Below are positions 9,197 to 17,906 of a DNA stretch of 64,000 bases, piece after piece. Position 1 is the stretch's first letter; each line of letters opens with the position of its first letter. The stretch is taken from NCBI GenBank assembly GCA_963814585.1, contig CAWFDF010000003.1, positions 352,001-416,000 of the forward strand. The letters are read 5' to 3'. The notes under the pieces were generated by a model. That model searched no databases, was not told the origin of the DNA, and saw only the letters and a list, made by a program, of their open reading frames with translations. The DNA is from an uncultured delta proteobacterium. GTDB taxonomy: Bacteria > Myxococcota > Myxococcia > Myxococcales > Anaeromyxobacteraceae. The translations under genes were made by a program, and so were the position numbers.

Positions 9197-10656
9197 ACCT
9201 CTCGGCCGCCATCGCCATCGCCGCCGGCGCGGTGGCGGGCTACGTCGGCCTCCTGGCGAGCCGGTTCGCCCGGGCGCCGGGCTGGGGCGAGCAGCGCTGG
9301 TTCTCCCTCATCGCCTTCTGCGCCTCCGCCTACGCCTACGGCAACGTGGCCACCTCGCTCGGCTGGCCCGATGCCACGGTGGTGGCGCTCTCCCGCCTCC
9401 AGCTCGCCTCGGTGCTGGTGCAGGCCTGGGCCTGGCTCCGGTACGTCGACGCCTGCGCCTGGCGCCACCCCGGACCCGGCGAGCGGCGCGGCGTCGGGCT
9501 GCTCCTCGTCCTCGCCGCCTGCTCGCTCCTGCCCGGCGTCGCCTACGACGGCACGGTGGTCGGGCACGCCGTCCCCTGGTTCTCCAGCGCCTACCGTGAC
9601 GCCGTCCCGACGGCGGCCGGCACCGGCCTGTTCATCGTCGCCTTCGGCTCGGCCCTGGTGGTCCTCGCCCGGCTGGTCGCCGCCTGGCGGCGGGGCCTGC
9701 CGCACGCGGCGCTCCACGCCCTGTCCTTCGCCGCGCTGCTGGCCTTCGGCGTCAACGACGGGCTGGTGGCCAGCGGCCTCTTCTCGGGCCTCTACCTCCT
9801 CGACGTCGGCTTCGTGATCCCGATCGGCGTCATGGCCTTCTCGCTGACGCAGCGCTTCGTCGAGGACTCCCGGGCCCTCCACGCCCTGCGGCAGCGGCTC
9901 GAGGCGCTGGTCGAGGCCCGGACCGGGGCGCTGGTGGAGGCGCGGGAGGCGCTCCACCAGGCCGAGAAGCTGGCCTCGCTGGGCCAGTTCGCCGCCGGCA
10001 TGGCCCACGAGGTGAACAACCCCGCCTCGGTGGTCACCTCCGGCCTGGCCTACCTGGAGCGGGGCCTCGCCGCCGGAGCGCCGCCACCCGACGCCCACCA
10101 GGCCACCGTCGAGGCGCTGGCCGCCATGCAGCGGATCAACGGCCTGGTGCGCCGGCTGGTCGACGCCGGCCGGCTCGCCTCGGTCCCCGCGGCCAGCGGG
10201 ACCACCCCGGTCCGGGGCGTCATCGAGCAGGCCCTCGACGACGCCCGGGCCCGGAGCGGCGAGCGGGTCGAGTTCCGGCTGGAGGGGAGGCCCGACCAGC
10301 ACGCCGGCCTGCGGCCAGAGGTCCTGGCGCAGGTCCTCTCGGCGCTCCTCCACAACGCGGCCGAGTCCATCCCGGCCGGACGCCCGGGACGGGTGTCGGT
10401 CGCGGTGAGGGCGGCCGAGGACGGCCGGTTCGAGCTCACCGTCACCGACGACGGCGAGGGCATGCCGCCGGGGGTGCTGCGCCGCGCCTTCGAGCCCTTC
10501 TTCAGCACCAAGGGGGAGGGCCATGGGAGCGGCCTGGGACTCCCGGTGGCCCGCGCGCTCGTCGAGAGCCTGGGCGGCGAGCTGCGGCTGGAGTCCACCC
10601 CGCAGCTGGGGACCACCGCGATCCTGGCCCTGCCCGAGGCGCCGCCGCCGCCTTGA
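9193..10656 (+). CDS. Membrane sensor histidine kinase with multi-TM N-terminus
   Basis: About 7 hydrophobic segments, H-box AHEVNNP, N-box LLHNA, DDGEG, EPFFSTK, GSGLGL; ATGA overlap with rpe. Confidence 0.9.
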   Translation: MNLSAAIAIAAGAVAGYVGLLASRFARAPGWGEQRWFSLIAFCASAYAYGNVATSLGWPDATVVALSRLQLASVLVQAWAWLRYVDACAWRHPGPGERRGVGLLLVLAACSLLPGVAYDGTVVGHAVPWFSSAYRDAVPTAAGTGLFIVAFGSALVVLARLVAAWRRGLPHAALHALSFAALLAFGVNDGLVASGLFSGLYLLDVGFVIPIGVMAFSLTQRFVEDSRALHALRQRLEALVEARTGALVEAREALHQAEKLASLGQFAAGMAHEVNNPASVVTSGLAYLERGLAAGAPPPDAHQATVEALAAMQRINGLVRRLVDAGRLASVPAASGTTPVRGVIEQALDDARARSGERVEFRLEGRPDQHAGLRPEVLAQVLSALLHNAAESIPAGRPGRVSVAVRAAEDGRFELTVTDDGEGMPPGVLRRAFEPFFSTKGEGHGSGLGLPVARALVESLGGELRLESTPQLGTTAILALPEAPPPP

Positions 10657-10657
10657 A

Positions 10658-10736
10658 GGCGCCGCTCACCTGGCACGATCCCTGCTGCGGCGCACGCTGC
10701 CTGGCTGCGATGGGCCCAGGCCGAGCGAGGGGCGCC
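10658..10736 (+). repeat. Short (79 bp) internally deleted copy of a MITE/REP-like element
   Basis: 10676-10706 is the exact reverse complement of 11891-11921; 10712-10740 matches the reverse complement of 11756-11784 at 27/29; GGCGCC at both ends. Confidence 0.8.
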
Positions 10737-11139
10737 GTGAAGCCGGGGCCCGCCGGCGCTCGCGCCGCAGCCGCTCCACCCGGACCGGCGCCACGCCCCG
10801 CTCGACGATGCCGATGGCCGCCGCCGCGGCCCGGGAGAGATCGACCACCCGGCCGCGCACGAAGGGCCCGCGGTCGTTGACCGTCACCACCACGCTCCGC
10901 CCGTGCGCCTGCTCGATGACGCGCAGCCGCGTGCCGAACGGCAGGGAGCGGTGGGCGCAGGTGAGGGCGGCCGGATCGTAGCGGACGCCGCTGGCGGTGA
11001 GGCGGCCATTGAAGGAGTCGGCGTAGAAGCTGGCCAGCCCCTCCTCGGCGCCTCCGGTCGCGTCACCTCCGGCGCGGGGTCCGTGCCCGCACCCCGTGGC
11101 CAGCGCCAGCGCCACCGCGGCCAGCCCGGCCCGGCTCAC
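10666..11139 (-). CDS. rlpA: RlpA-family septal ring lytic transglycosylase lipoprotein
   Basis: Lipobox LATGC; GLASFY, AHRSLPFGT, VTVNDRGPF, VVDLSRAAA; C-terminal tail reads through the repeat. Confidence 0.9.
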   Translation of the reverse strand: MSRAGLAAVALALATGCGHGPRAGGDATGGAEEGLASFYADSFNGRLTASGVRYDPAALTCAHRSLPFGTRLRVIEQAHGRSVVVTVNDRGPFVRGRVVDLSRAAAAAIGIVERGVAPVRVERLRRERRRAPASRRPSLGLGPSQPGSVRRSRDRAR

Positions 11140-11759
11140 CGCGATCCGCCCAGCGCCCGCCGCACCTCGGGGTGGACCGCGAGCAGCTGGAGCGCCTCGG
11201 CCAGCAGCGTCCGCCCCGGCTCCACCTTGAACCAGGTGGAGGCGCCCGACGGGTGCGGGAGCGGGATCACCTGCACCGCGTGGCCGTGCCAGGTGACGTC
11301 GAAGGTCCGCCCGATCACCCCGGCGAGCGGCCGGGGGCCCAGCACCTCGCCGATGGCGAGCCGGCCGATCGGCACGATCAGGCGCGGCCTGAGGATGTCC
11401 AGCTCGCCCACGATGAAGGGACGCCAGCGCTCGATCTCGGCGGGGGTCGGCACGCGGTCGCCGCCGCCCCGGGCCTTGCCGGGGAAGCCGCGGGCCACCG
11501 CCGAGATGTAGAAGGCGTCCCGCACCTCCGCCTCGCCGGCGCCGGTGGCCTGCTCCAGCCAGCGGAAGAGGGTCTTGCCCGCGGTCCAGGCGAAGGGCCG
11601 GCCCAGCCTGGCCTCGTGCGGACCCGGCGCCTGGCCGAGCAGGAAGACGCCGCTCACCACTGGCGGCCCGTGAACGGTGGGGCCGAAGCCGCGCGGCCGG
11701 AAGGCCGCCATCCTGCGGTGCAGCGCCCCCAGGGCCACCTCGGCCTGGCGCCGGGTCAC
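11136..11759 (-). CDS. Uracil-DNA glycosylase family protein
   Basis: GQAPGPHE, PFAWTAGKTL, PLPHPSG; start uncertain (GTG 11759). Confidence 0.85.
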   Translation of the reverse strand: MTRRQAEVALGALHRRMAAFRPRGFGPTVHGPPVVSGVFLLGQAPGPHEARLGRPFAWTAGKTLFRWLEQATGAGEAEVRDAFYISAVARGFPGKARGGGDRVPTPAEIERWRPFIVGELDILRPRLIVPIGRLAIGEVLGPRPLAGVIGRTFDVTWHGHAVQVIPLPHPSGASTWFKVEPGRTLLAEALQLLAVHPEVRRALGGSR

Positions 11760-11939
11760 GGCGCCCCTCGCTTGGCCCGGGCCCGTGGCGAGGCACACGA
11801 TGCCGTCGGCGAGCCGGGTCGCACGACGACGGAGCAGCGGAAGCGGGCTGGTGGCCCGCTGAGCAGCGGACGGAGGAGTCCGCCCGGCGTAGCCAGGCAG
11901 CGTGCGCCGCAGCAGGGATCGGGCCGAGCGAGTGGCGCC
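11760..11939 (-). repeat. Long (180 bp) copy of the MITE/REP-like element with imperfect ~19-bp terminal inverted repeats
   Basis: 11760-11778 ggcgcccctcgcttggccc pairs with 11921-11939 gggccgagcgagtggcgcc; internal hairpins; shares both ends with 10658-10736. Confidence 0.75.
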
Positions 11940-11940
11940 A

Positions 11941-12870
11941 TCAGGCCCGCCACGGCTCCTCGCGGACCGAGTGGATCCACCCCTCGCAGCGGGGCACGTC
12001 GTGGGGCACGCCCTGGAAGCCGTCGGCCGCCGCCGCCGCCGCGCCCACCGCCGACAGCAGCGCGGCGAGGTGGTCGCCGGTCCCGTCCTCGATGATGGGG
12101 GCGGCCTGCTCCATCTGGAACTCGATCCGGGCCGCGCTCCGCAGCACGCGCAGCAGGGTGGCCCGGGCCGAGCGGCGCGATCCGGCCGAGGCGTCGTCGC
12201 GGAAGTCGCAGCGGCCGCAGAGCGCCCGGGCCACGTGCACCGGCCGCACCTCGACGATGGTGGCGCCGCGCTGGCGCGGCGGATCCCAGGGCACGAAGGC
12301 GGCGTCGAGCCTGGCCATCGTCACCAGGCCGAAGAAGGTGCGCCGCAGCGCTCGCGGCGCGGTGGGCGGCAGCGGCTCGGCCCGGTAGCAGTCGGTGACC
12401 CGGCGCTGATCGCGCCCCAGCTCGGCGCGCAGCCGCGAGGCCGCGCCGCTGAAGTCCCCGGTCTCGCCGAGGAAGCGCTCCTCGAGGTGCTTGCCCAGCA
12501 CCGCCGGGCCCCGCAGGGCCTGGCGCAGCAGGCCGAGCTGCCGCACGTGGGTCTCGGGCAGGGAGAGCGGGAAGTCGACGCCGACCACCAGCCGCCCCTC
12601 GGCCCAGCGCAGCTGCTCCTCGAGCCAGGCCGGGAACCGGCTCCTCACGTCGCGCCGTCCCGGCGCGTCGCCGAACGGGCGCCAGAGCCGCGCCAGCCGG
12701 GCCCGGTCGCGCTCGCAGTCGAGGCTGGCGGCGACGATCTTGTTGCCGGCCCCCTCGACGCCGCTCCAGGCCAGGCCGATGAAGGTGCCCCGCGCCGGCA
12801 GCGCCAGCCGGGGGGGCTGGGCGCGGCCGAAGACGGCGCTGGCGCCACCTGGCTCCTGATCGTCGGCCAC
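11941..12870 (-). CDS. DUF429-like predicted RNase H-fold protein
   Basis: FIGLAWSG, VGVDFPLSLP, IVEVRP, DHLAALL..A, EGWI pattern. Confidence 0.6.
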   Translation of the reverse strand: MADDQEPGGASAVFGRAQPPRLALPARGTFIGLAWSGVEGAGNKIVAASLDCERDRARLARLWRPFGDAPGRRDVRSRFPAWLEEQLRWAEGRLVVGVDFPLSLPETHVRQLGLLRQALRGPAVLGKHLEERFLGETGDFSGAASRLRAELGRDQRRVTDCYRAEPLPPTAPRALRRTFFGLVTMARLDAAFVPWDPPRQRGATIVEVRPVHVARALCGRCDFRDDASAGSRRSARATLLRVLRSAARIEFQMEQAAPIIEDGTGDHLAALLSAVGAAAAAADGFQGVPHDVPRCEGWIHSVREEPWRA

Positions 12871-12879
12871 GCTTCGCGT

Positions 12880-13539
12880 TTACTGCCGGCGCGGGAGGGA
12901 GTCAACGAGCCGCCCCGAATGGTCGGACGCCTCCCGGGCGCTCCCGGCGTGACGGGGCCGTCCGCGGCGCAGCCTCGCCAGCAGCAGGATCCCGATCACC
13001 GCCGCGAAGACCGCCGGCTTGAGCCGGTCGGCCTTGACGCGCCAGGCGAAGTGGACGACGCCGAGCAGGGCCGCCGCGTAGGCCAGGCGGTGGAGCGCCT
13101 TCCAGCGGGCGAAGCCGAGCCGTCGCACCCAGCCGTCGGTCGAGGTGATCGCCAGCGGCAGGAGCAGCAGCAGCGTGGCGAGCCCCACGGTGATGAAGGG
13201 GCGCTTCACCACGTCGGCGCCCACCGCCCGCAGGTCGAAGAACTGGTCGACGCCGAGGTACCAGGAGAAGTGGAGCGCGCCGTAGGCGAAGGCGGTGACC
13301 CCGAGGAGCCGCCGCAGCCGGAGCGGCCATCCGATCCCGGTCCAGAGCCGCAGCGGCGTCGGCGCCAGCGAGAGGGCCAGGAAGGTGAGCGTCCAGAACC
13401 CCAGCCGGTTGAGCACCGCCTCGATGGGGTTGGCACCGAGCCGGTGGCGGGCCGCGTCGGCGAGCAGGAGCGTCAGCGGCGCCAGGGCCGCGACCCACCC
13501 CGCCGACCGCACCCACCGGATCCTGGCCGCGCTCTCCAC
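12880..13539 (-). CDS. msrQ: Heme-binding membrane subunit of methionine sulfoxide reductase
   Basis: LGANPIE, RRLLG, YGALH, KRPFITVG, LAITS, WKALHRLAY; downstream of msrP. Confidence 0.92.
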   Translation of the reverse strand: MESAARIRWVRSAGWVAALAPLTLLLADAARHRLGANPIEAVLNRLGFWTLTFLALSLAPTPLRLWTGIGWPLRLRRLLGVTAFAYGALHFSWYLGVDQFFDLRAVGADVVKRPFITVGLATLLLLLPLAITSTDGWVRRLGFARWKALHRLAYAAALLGVVHFAWRVKADRLKPAVFAAVIGILLLARLRRGRPRHAGSAREASDHSGRLVDSLPRRQ

Positions 13540-13541
13540 GA

Positions 13542-14480
13542 TCAGTACAGGGTGCGCGGATCGAGGCCGGCGTAGAGCGGGGCCACCTCGGCGTAGCCGT
13601 TGTAGGGGAGGGTCTTGCGCTTGAGGAACTCGCCGATGCGCCGCTCCCGGTCCTGGGCCCAGCGCGGGTGATCCACGGCCGGGTTGACGTTGCCGTAGAA
13701 GCCGTACTCCCGCGGCGCCATCCGGCTCCAGCTGGTGGGCGGCTGGCGCTCGGTCAGGGTGATGCGGACGATCGACTTGATGCCCTTGAAGCCGTACTTC
13801 CACGGCACCACCAGCCGGAGCGGCGCCCCGTTCTGCCCAGGGAGGACGCGGCCGTAGAGCCCGACCGCCAGCAGCGTGAGCGGGTGGGTCGCCTCGTCGA
13901 TGCGCAGCCCCTCCACGTAGGGCCAGTCGAGCACGGCGCGGCGCTGGCCGGGCAGCTGGGCCGGGTCGAGCAGCGTCTGGAAGGCCACGAACCGGGCCTT
14001 CGAGGTCGGCTCGACCTGGCGGAGCAGGTCGCCGAGCGGGAAGCCGACCCAGGGGATCACCATCGACCAGGCCTCGACGCAGCGCATCCGGTAGACCCGC
14101 TCCTCGAGCGGGAAGCGCCTCCAGAGCGCGTCGACGTCGAGGGTGAGCGGCCTCCTCACCTCGCCGTCGACGGTCACCGTCCAGGGGCGCGGCCGCAGCG
14201 CGCCGGCGCGCCGGGCCGGATCCTCCTTCTCGGTCCCCAGCTCGTAGAAGTTGTTGTAGGTGGTGACGTCGTCCCACGGCGTGAGGGCATCGCCGCCGGC
14301 CTGCTCCACCCGCCTGGCCACCGGCAGCGCCTCGCCGGTCGGCTGGCCCGCCACGGTCCGGCCGGGCCAGGCCAGCGAGAGCGCCCCGGCCGCACCCAGC
14401 TTGAGGAAGTCCCGGCGCCCGAGCCAGAGCCTCTCCGGCGTCGCCTCCGCCTCCTTCATGTCCGATCGCCAGCGCGCCAT
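13542..14480 (-). CDS. msrP: Molybdoenzyme catalytic subunit of methionine sulfoxide reductase
   Basis: Tat motif [48 protein letters not shown]. Confidence 0.96.
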   Translation of the reverse strand: MARWRSDMKEAEATPERLWLGRRDFLKLGAAGALSLAWPGRTVAGQPTGEALPVARRVEQAGGDALTPWDDVTTYNNFYELGTEKEDPARRAGALRPRPWTVTVDGEVRRPLTLDVDALWRRFPLEERVYRMRCVEAWSMVIPWVGFPLGDLLRQVEPTSKARFVAFQTLLDPAQLPGQRRAVLDWPYVEGLRIDEATHPLTLLAVGLYGRVLPGQNGAPLRLVVPWKYGFKGIKSIVRITLTERQPPTSWSRMAPREYGFYGNVNPAVDHPRWAQDRERRIGEFLKRKTLPYNGYAEVAPLYAGLDPRTLY

Positions 14481-14559
14481 GGTCCACCTCTCGCGTCCTG
14501 GGCGAGTTCTAACCAGGGGGCGCCGGCCACGCCGCGGTCACGTCCCGCCGACCCGGATC

Positions 14560-15270
14560 TCACACCGACAGGTACCGCGCCTGGACCTCCGGGTCCCGCT
14601 CCAGCTCCGCCCGCGTCCCCTCGAACTTCACCGCCCCCTTCTCGAGGACCACGCCGCGATCGCAGAGCCCCAGCGCGAACCGGGCGTTCTGCTCGGCCAG
14701 CAGCACCGGCAGGCTGCCCCGGAGCCGCCGCACCACCCCGCCCAGCTCGGACACGATGATGGGGGCGAGCCCCTCGGAGGGCTCGTCGAGGAGGAGGAGC
14801 CTGGGGTTCCCGCACAGCGCCCGGGCGATGGAGAGGAGCTGCTGCTGGCCCCCGGAGAGCGCCCCGCCCTTCCGCTTTCGGAGCGGGGCCAGCAGGGGGA
14901 ACTCCTCGAAGACGCGACCGGGCGTCCAGGCCGGGCCGCCGCGGGCCGGCAGCGTGGCGACCTCCAGGTTCTCGTCGACGGTGAGGCCGGCGAAGACGCG
15001 CCGGTCCTCCGGGACCCAGGCCAGCCCGTCACGGACGTTCTCGTGGACCGCCCGGCCGGCCAGGCTGCGCCCGAGGAAGCGCACCTCCCCGGCCGAAGGA
15101 GGCGAGAGCCCGAGGATGCCGCGGATGGTGGTCGACTTCCCGGCGCCGTTGCGGCCGAGGAGGGCCACCACCTCGCCCTCCCGGACGTCGAGCGAGATCC
15201 CGTGGAGCACGTGGCTCTGCCCGTAGTGGACGTGCAGCCCGCGGACCTCCAGCATCGCCGGTCCGCTCAT
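14560..15270 (-). CDS. Branched-chain amino acid-type ABC transporter ATP-binding protein (LivF-like)
   Basis: GRNGAGKST, LSGGQQQ, LLLDEPSEGLAP, AEQN. Confidence 0.92.
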   Translation of the reverse strand: MSGPAMLEVRGLHVHYGQSHVLHGISLDVREGEVVALLGRNGAGKSTTIRGILGLSPPSAGEVRFLGRSLAGRAVHENVRDGLAWVPEDRRVFAGLTVDENLEVATLPARGGPAWTPGRVFEEFPLLAPLRKRKGGALSGGQQQLLSIARALCGNPRLLLLDEPSEGLAPIIVSELGGVVRRLRGSLPVLLAEQNARFALGLCDRGVVLEKGAVKFEGTRAELERDPEVQARYLSV

Positions 15271-16022
15271 GGGGTCGTCCCCAGGTACGCCTCGCGGACC
15301 GCGTGGTTCGCCTTGATCTCCTCGGGCGTGCCCTCCGCGAGCAGTGCCCCCTGGTGCAGCACGAAGATTCGGCGGGCCAGCCCGAACACCACCTTCATGT
15401 CGTGCTCGGTCACGAAGAAGGTGGTCCCCAGCCGCGCCGCCAGCTCGCGGATGAGCGCGATCATCCGGTCGGTCTCCTCGGGGTTCATCCCCGCGGTCGG
15501 CTCGTCGAGGAGGACCAGCCGGGGCGCCCGGGCCAGCACGATGGCCATCTCCACCAGCCGCTTGTCTCCGTAGGCGAGGGTGGCGGTGACCCGGTGGGCC
15601 TGGCCGAGGAGCCCGACCGTGTCGAGCACCTCCTCGGCCCGGCGCCTGGCCTCCTTCTCGGCCGCCAGCCGGCCCAGGAAGCGCCACCCGCGGCCGCGCT
15701 CCAGCAGGAGCGGCACCAGCACGTTCTCGAGGACGGTGAGGCTGGGGAAGACGTTGGTGATCTGGAAGGAGCGGGCCAGGCCATGGCCCACCAGGCGGTG
15801 GGCCGGCACGCCGGTCACGTCGCCGCCGTCGAGCAGCACCGCGCCCCGGGTCGGCGGGAACCGGCCCGAGATCACGTTGTAGAAGGTGGTCTTCCCGGCG
15901 CCGTTGGGGCCGATGAGGGCGGAGAGCTCGCCCCGCTCCACCGAGAGCGACACGCCCTGGAGGGCGGCGAACTTCCCGAAGTGGCGGGTCAGGTCCCGGA
16001 CCTCGAGCAGGGCCGCGCTCAC
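15267..16022 (-). CDS. ABC transporter ATP-binding protein (LivG-like)
   Basis: GPNGAGKTT, LAYGDKR, LDEPTAG, EHDM, VREAYLG. Confidence 0.92.
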   Translation of the reverse strand: MSAALLEVRDLTRHFGKFAALQGVSLSVERGELSALIGPNGAGKTTFYNVISGRFPPTRGAVLLDGGDVTGVPAHRLVGHGLARSFQITNVFPSLTVLENVLVPLLLERGRGWRFLGRLAAEKEARRRAEEVLDTVGLLGQAHRVTATLAYGDKRLVEMAIVLARAPRLVLLDEPTAGMNPEETDRMIALIRELAARLGTTFFVTEHDMKVVFGLARRIFVLHQGALLAEGTPEEIKANHAVREAYLGTTP

Positions 16023-16990
16023 GGCGACCTCCGGCGGAGCTTCCCGGCGAGGTCGGTGGCCGACCCGAGGATGCCCCTGGGGAGGAGGATGACGATGGGG
16101 ACGAGCAGCGCCCCGAGGACGATCATCCAGTTCTGGGTGTAGGCGGTCACCGCCTGCTCCAGCCCGTAGAAGGCGGCCGCGCCCACCAGCGGCCCGAGGA
16201 AGGTGCCGGCGCCGCCGAGGACGGTCATCAGCACCGGGCGCGCCGAGAAGGACCAGTGCGCCATGTCCGGCGTGGCGATCCGGTTGAAGATGGCGAAGAG
16301 GACGCCGGCCAGGCCGGACACCGCCGCCGAGAGGACGAAGGCGGCGAGGCGCAGGCGCGCCACGCTGCCGCCCACGAAGGCGATCCGTTCCCGGTTCTCG
16401 CGGGAGGCCTGGAGGAGCAGCCCGAAGGGCGAGGCCACGATGCGCCGGAGGAGGAGCACCACCGCCACCGCCACGGCGAGGGCCAGCAGGTACATGTTGC
16501 GGGGGCGCGCCAGGGCCACCTCGACGAAGACCAGGCCGAGCCTCGGCACGCCGAAGCCGGTGAGCCCGTCCGAGCCGCCGGTCACCTCCCGCCAGTTCCA
16601 GGCGACGGCGTTGAGCATCATCCCCAGCCCGAGCGTGAGGATGGAGAAGTAGATCTCGTCGCGCCGCACCGCCAGGGCGCCGAGGGGGAGCGCCAGCAGC
16701 GCCGCGGCGACGGTGCCGCCGAGGAGCACCAGCCAGACGCTCTGCACGCCGTGAAGGAGGAGGAAGGCCGCGGCGTAGGCCCCGGCCCCGAAGAAGGCCG
16801 CCTGCCCGAAGGAGAGGAGACCGGCGTAGCCGAAGAGCAGGTTGAAGCCGAGCGCGAAGGTCCCGAGGATCAGGATCTCGGTCGCCACCAGGAGCGCGTA
16901 GCTCGGCAGGAAGAAGGCGAGCACCACCAGGGCGGCCACGGCCCCGGCGGCGAGGAGGCGGGTGGCGGCGGCGCGCCCGGGCCCGCCCAC
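16019..16990 (-). CDS. ABC transporter permease (LivM-like)
   Basis: GYAGLLSFGQAAFFGAGAY, YFSILTL, TGGSDG, VLGGAGTFLGP; start approximate. Confidence 0.9.
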   Translation of the reverse strand: MGGPGRAAATRLLAAGAVAALVVLAFFLPSYALLVATEILILGTFALGFNLLFGYAGLLSFGQAAFFGAGAYAAAFLLLHGVQSVWLVLLGGTVAAALLALPLGALAVRRDEIYFSILTLGLGMMLNAVAWNWREVTGGSDGLTGFGVPRLGLVFVEVALARPRNMYLLALAVAVAVVLLLRRIVASPFGLLLQASRENRERIAFVGGSVARLRLAAFVLSAAVSGLAGVLFAIFNRIATPDMAHWSFSARPVLMTVLGGAGTFLGPLVGAAAFYGLEQAVTAYTQNWMIVLGALLVPIVILLPRGILGSATDLAGKLRRRSP

Positions 16991-16992
16991 CC

Positions 16993-17850
16993 TCAGGCCT
17001 CCCCGAAGAGCCCGCGGGGGCGGAGCACCAGGATCACCGTGAGGAGCAGGTACGGCACCGCCATCTGCGCCCGCGGCATCACCTGGGTGCCGAAGGCCTC
17101 GAGCAGCCCGAGCAGGAGGGCGCCGGCGAAGGCGCCGGGGAAGGACCCCAGCCCCCCCACCACCACCACGATGAAGCTCTCGATGATGACCCGCTCCCCC
17201 ATGGCCGGGCCGACGCTCTGGTAGGGCGCCGCCAGGGCGCCCCCCAGCGCCGCCAGCGCCGTCCCGAAGACGAACACCCCGGTGAAGAGGCGCGGGACCG
17301 CGATGCCTACGCCCGAGGCCATCTCCCGGTCGGAGGCTGCCGCCCGGATGATCCGTCCCCAGCGCGAGTGGCTGAAGAAGGCCCAGAGCCCGCCCCCCAC
17401 GACCGGGCCGAGCAGCACCAGGAAGAGCCGGTAGACGGGGAAGCTGTAGCCGGCCACCGCCACCGATCCCGACAGCAGCGCCGGAGGGTCGACCACGTGG
17501 TTGCCCGGGCCCCACAGGAGCCGGACCCCGTCCTCGAGCACGAGGAGGAGCGCGAAGGTGAGGAGGAGCTGGTAGGAGACGTCGCGCCCGTAGACCCGCC
17601 GGAGCAGGCCGGACTCGATCACCGCGCCGATGAGGCCGACCACCAGCGGGGCCGCCAGGAGCCCCCACCAGAACGAGCCGGTCCACCTGGCGACCGCCAT
17701 GCACGCGTAGGCCCCGACCATGAAGAGCGCGCCGTGGGCGAAGTTGAGGACCCCGGCCACCCCGAAGATGGTGGTGAGCCCCATGGCGATGAGGAAGAGC
17801 AGCATCCCCCAGGAGAGGCCGTTGAGGGCGTTGATGAGGACGAGGTCCAT
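16993..17850 (-). CDS. ABC transporter permease (LivH-like)
   Basis: NGLSWGMLLFLIAMGLT, NFAHG, VVVGGLGSFPGA, RPRGLFG; own ATG at 17850. Confidence 0.9.
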   Translation of the reverse strand: MDLVLINALNGLSWGMLLFLIAMGLTTIFGVAGVLNFAHGALFMVGAYACMAVARWTGSFWWGLLAAPLVVGLIGAVIESGLLRRVYGRDVSYQLLLTFALLLVLEDGVRLLWGPGNHVVDPPALLSGSVAVAGYSFPVYRLFLVLLGPVVGGGLWAFFSHSRWGRIIRAAASDREMASGVGIAVPRLFTGVFVFGTALAALGGALAAPYQSVGPAMGERVIIESFIVVVVGGLGSFPGAFAGALLLGLLEAFGTQVMPRAQMAVPYLLLTVILVLRPRGLFGEA

Positions 17851-17906
17851 CGGGGTCCGCCCCTGCCGCCGGCCCACGCGCGGGGCCGGCGGAGGGCGAG
17901 GCGGGC

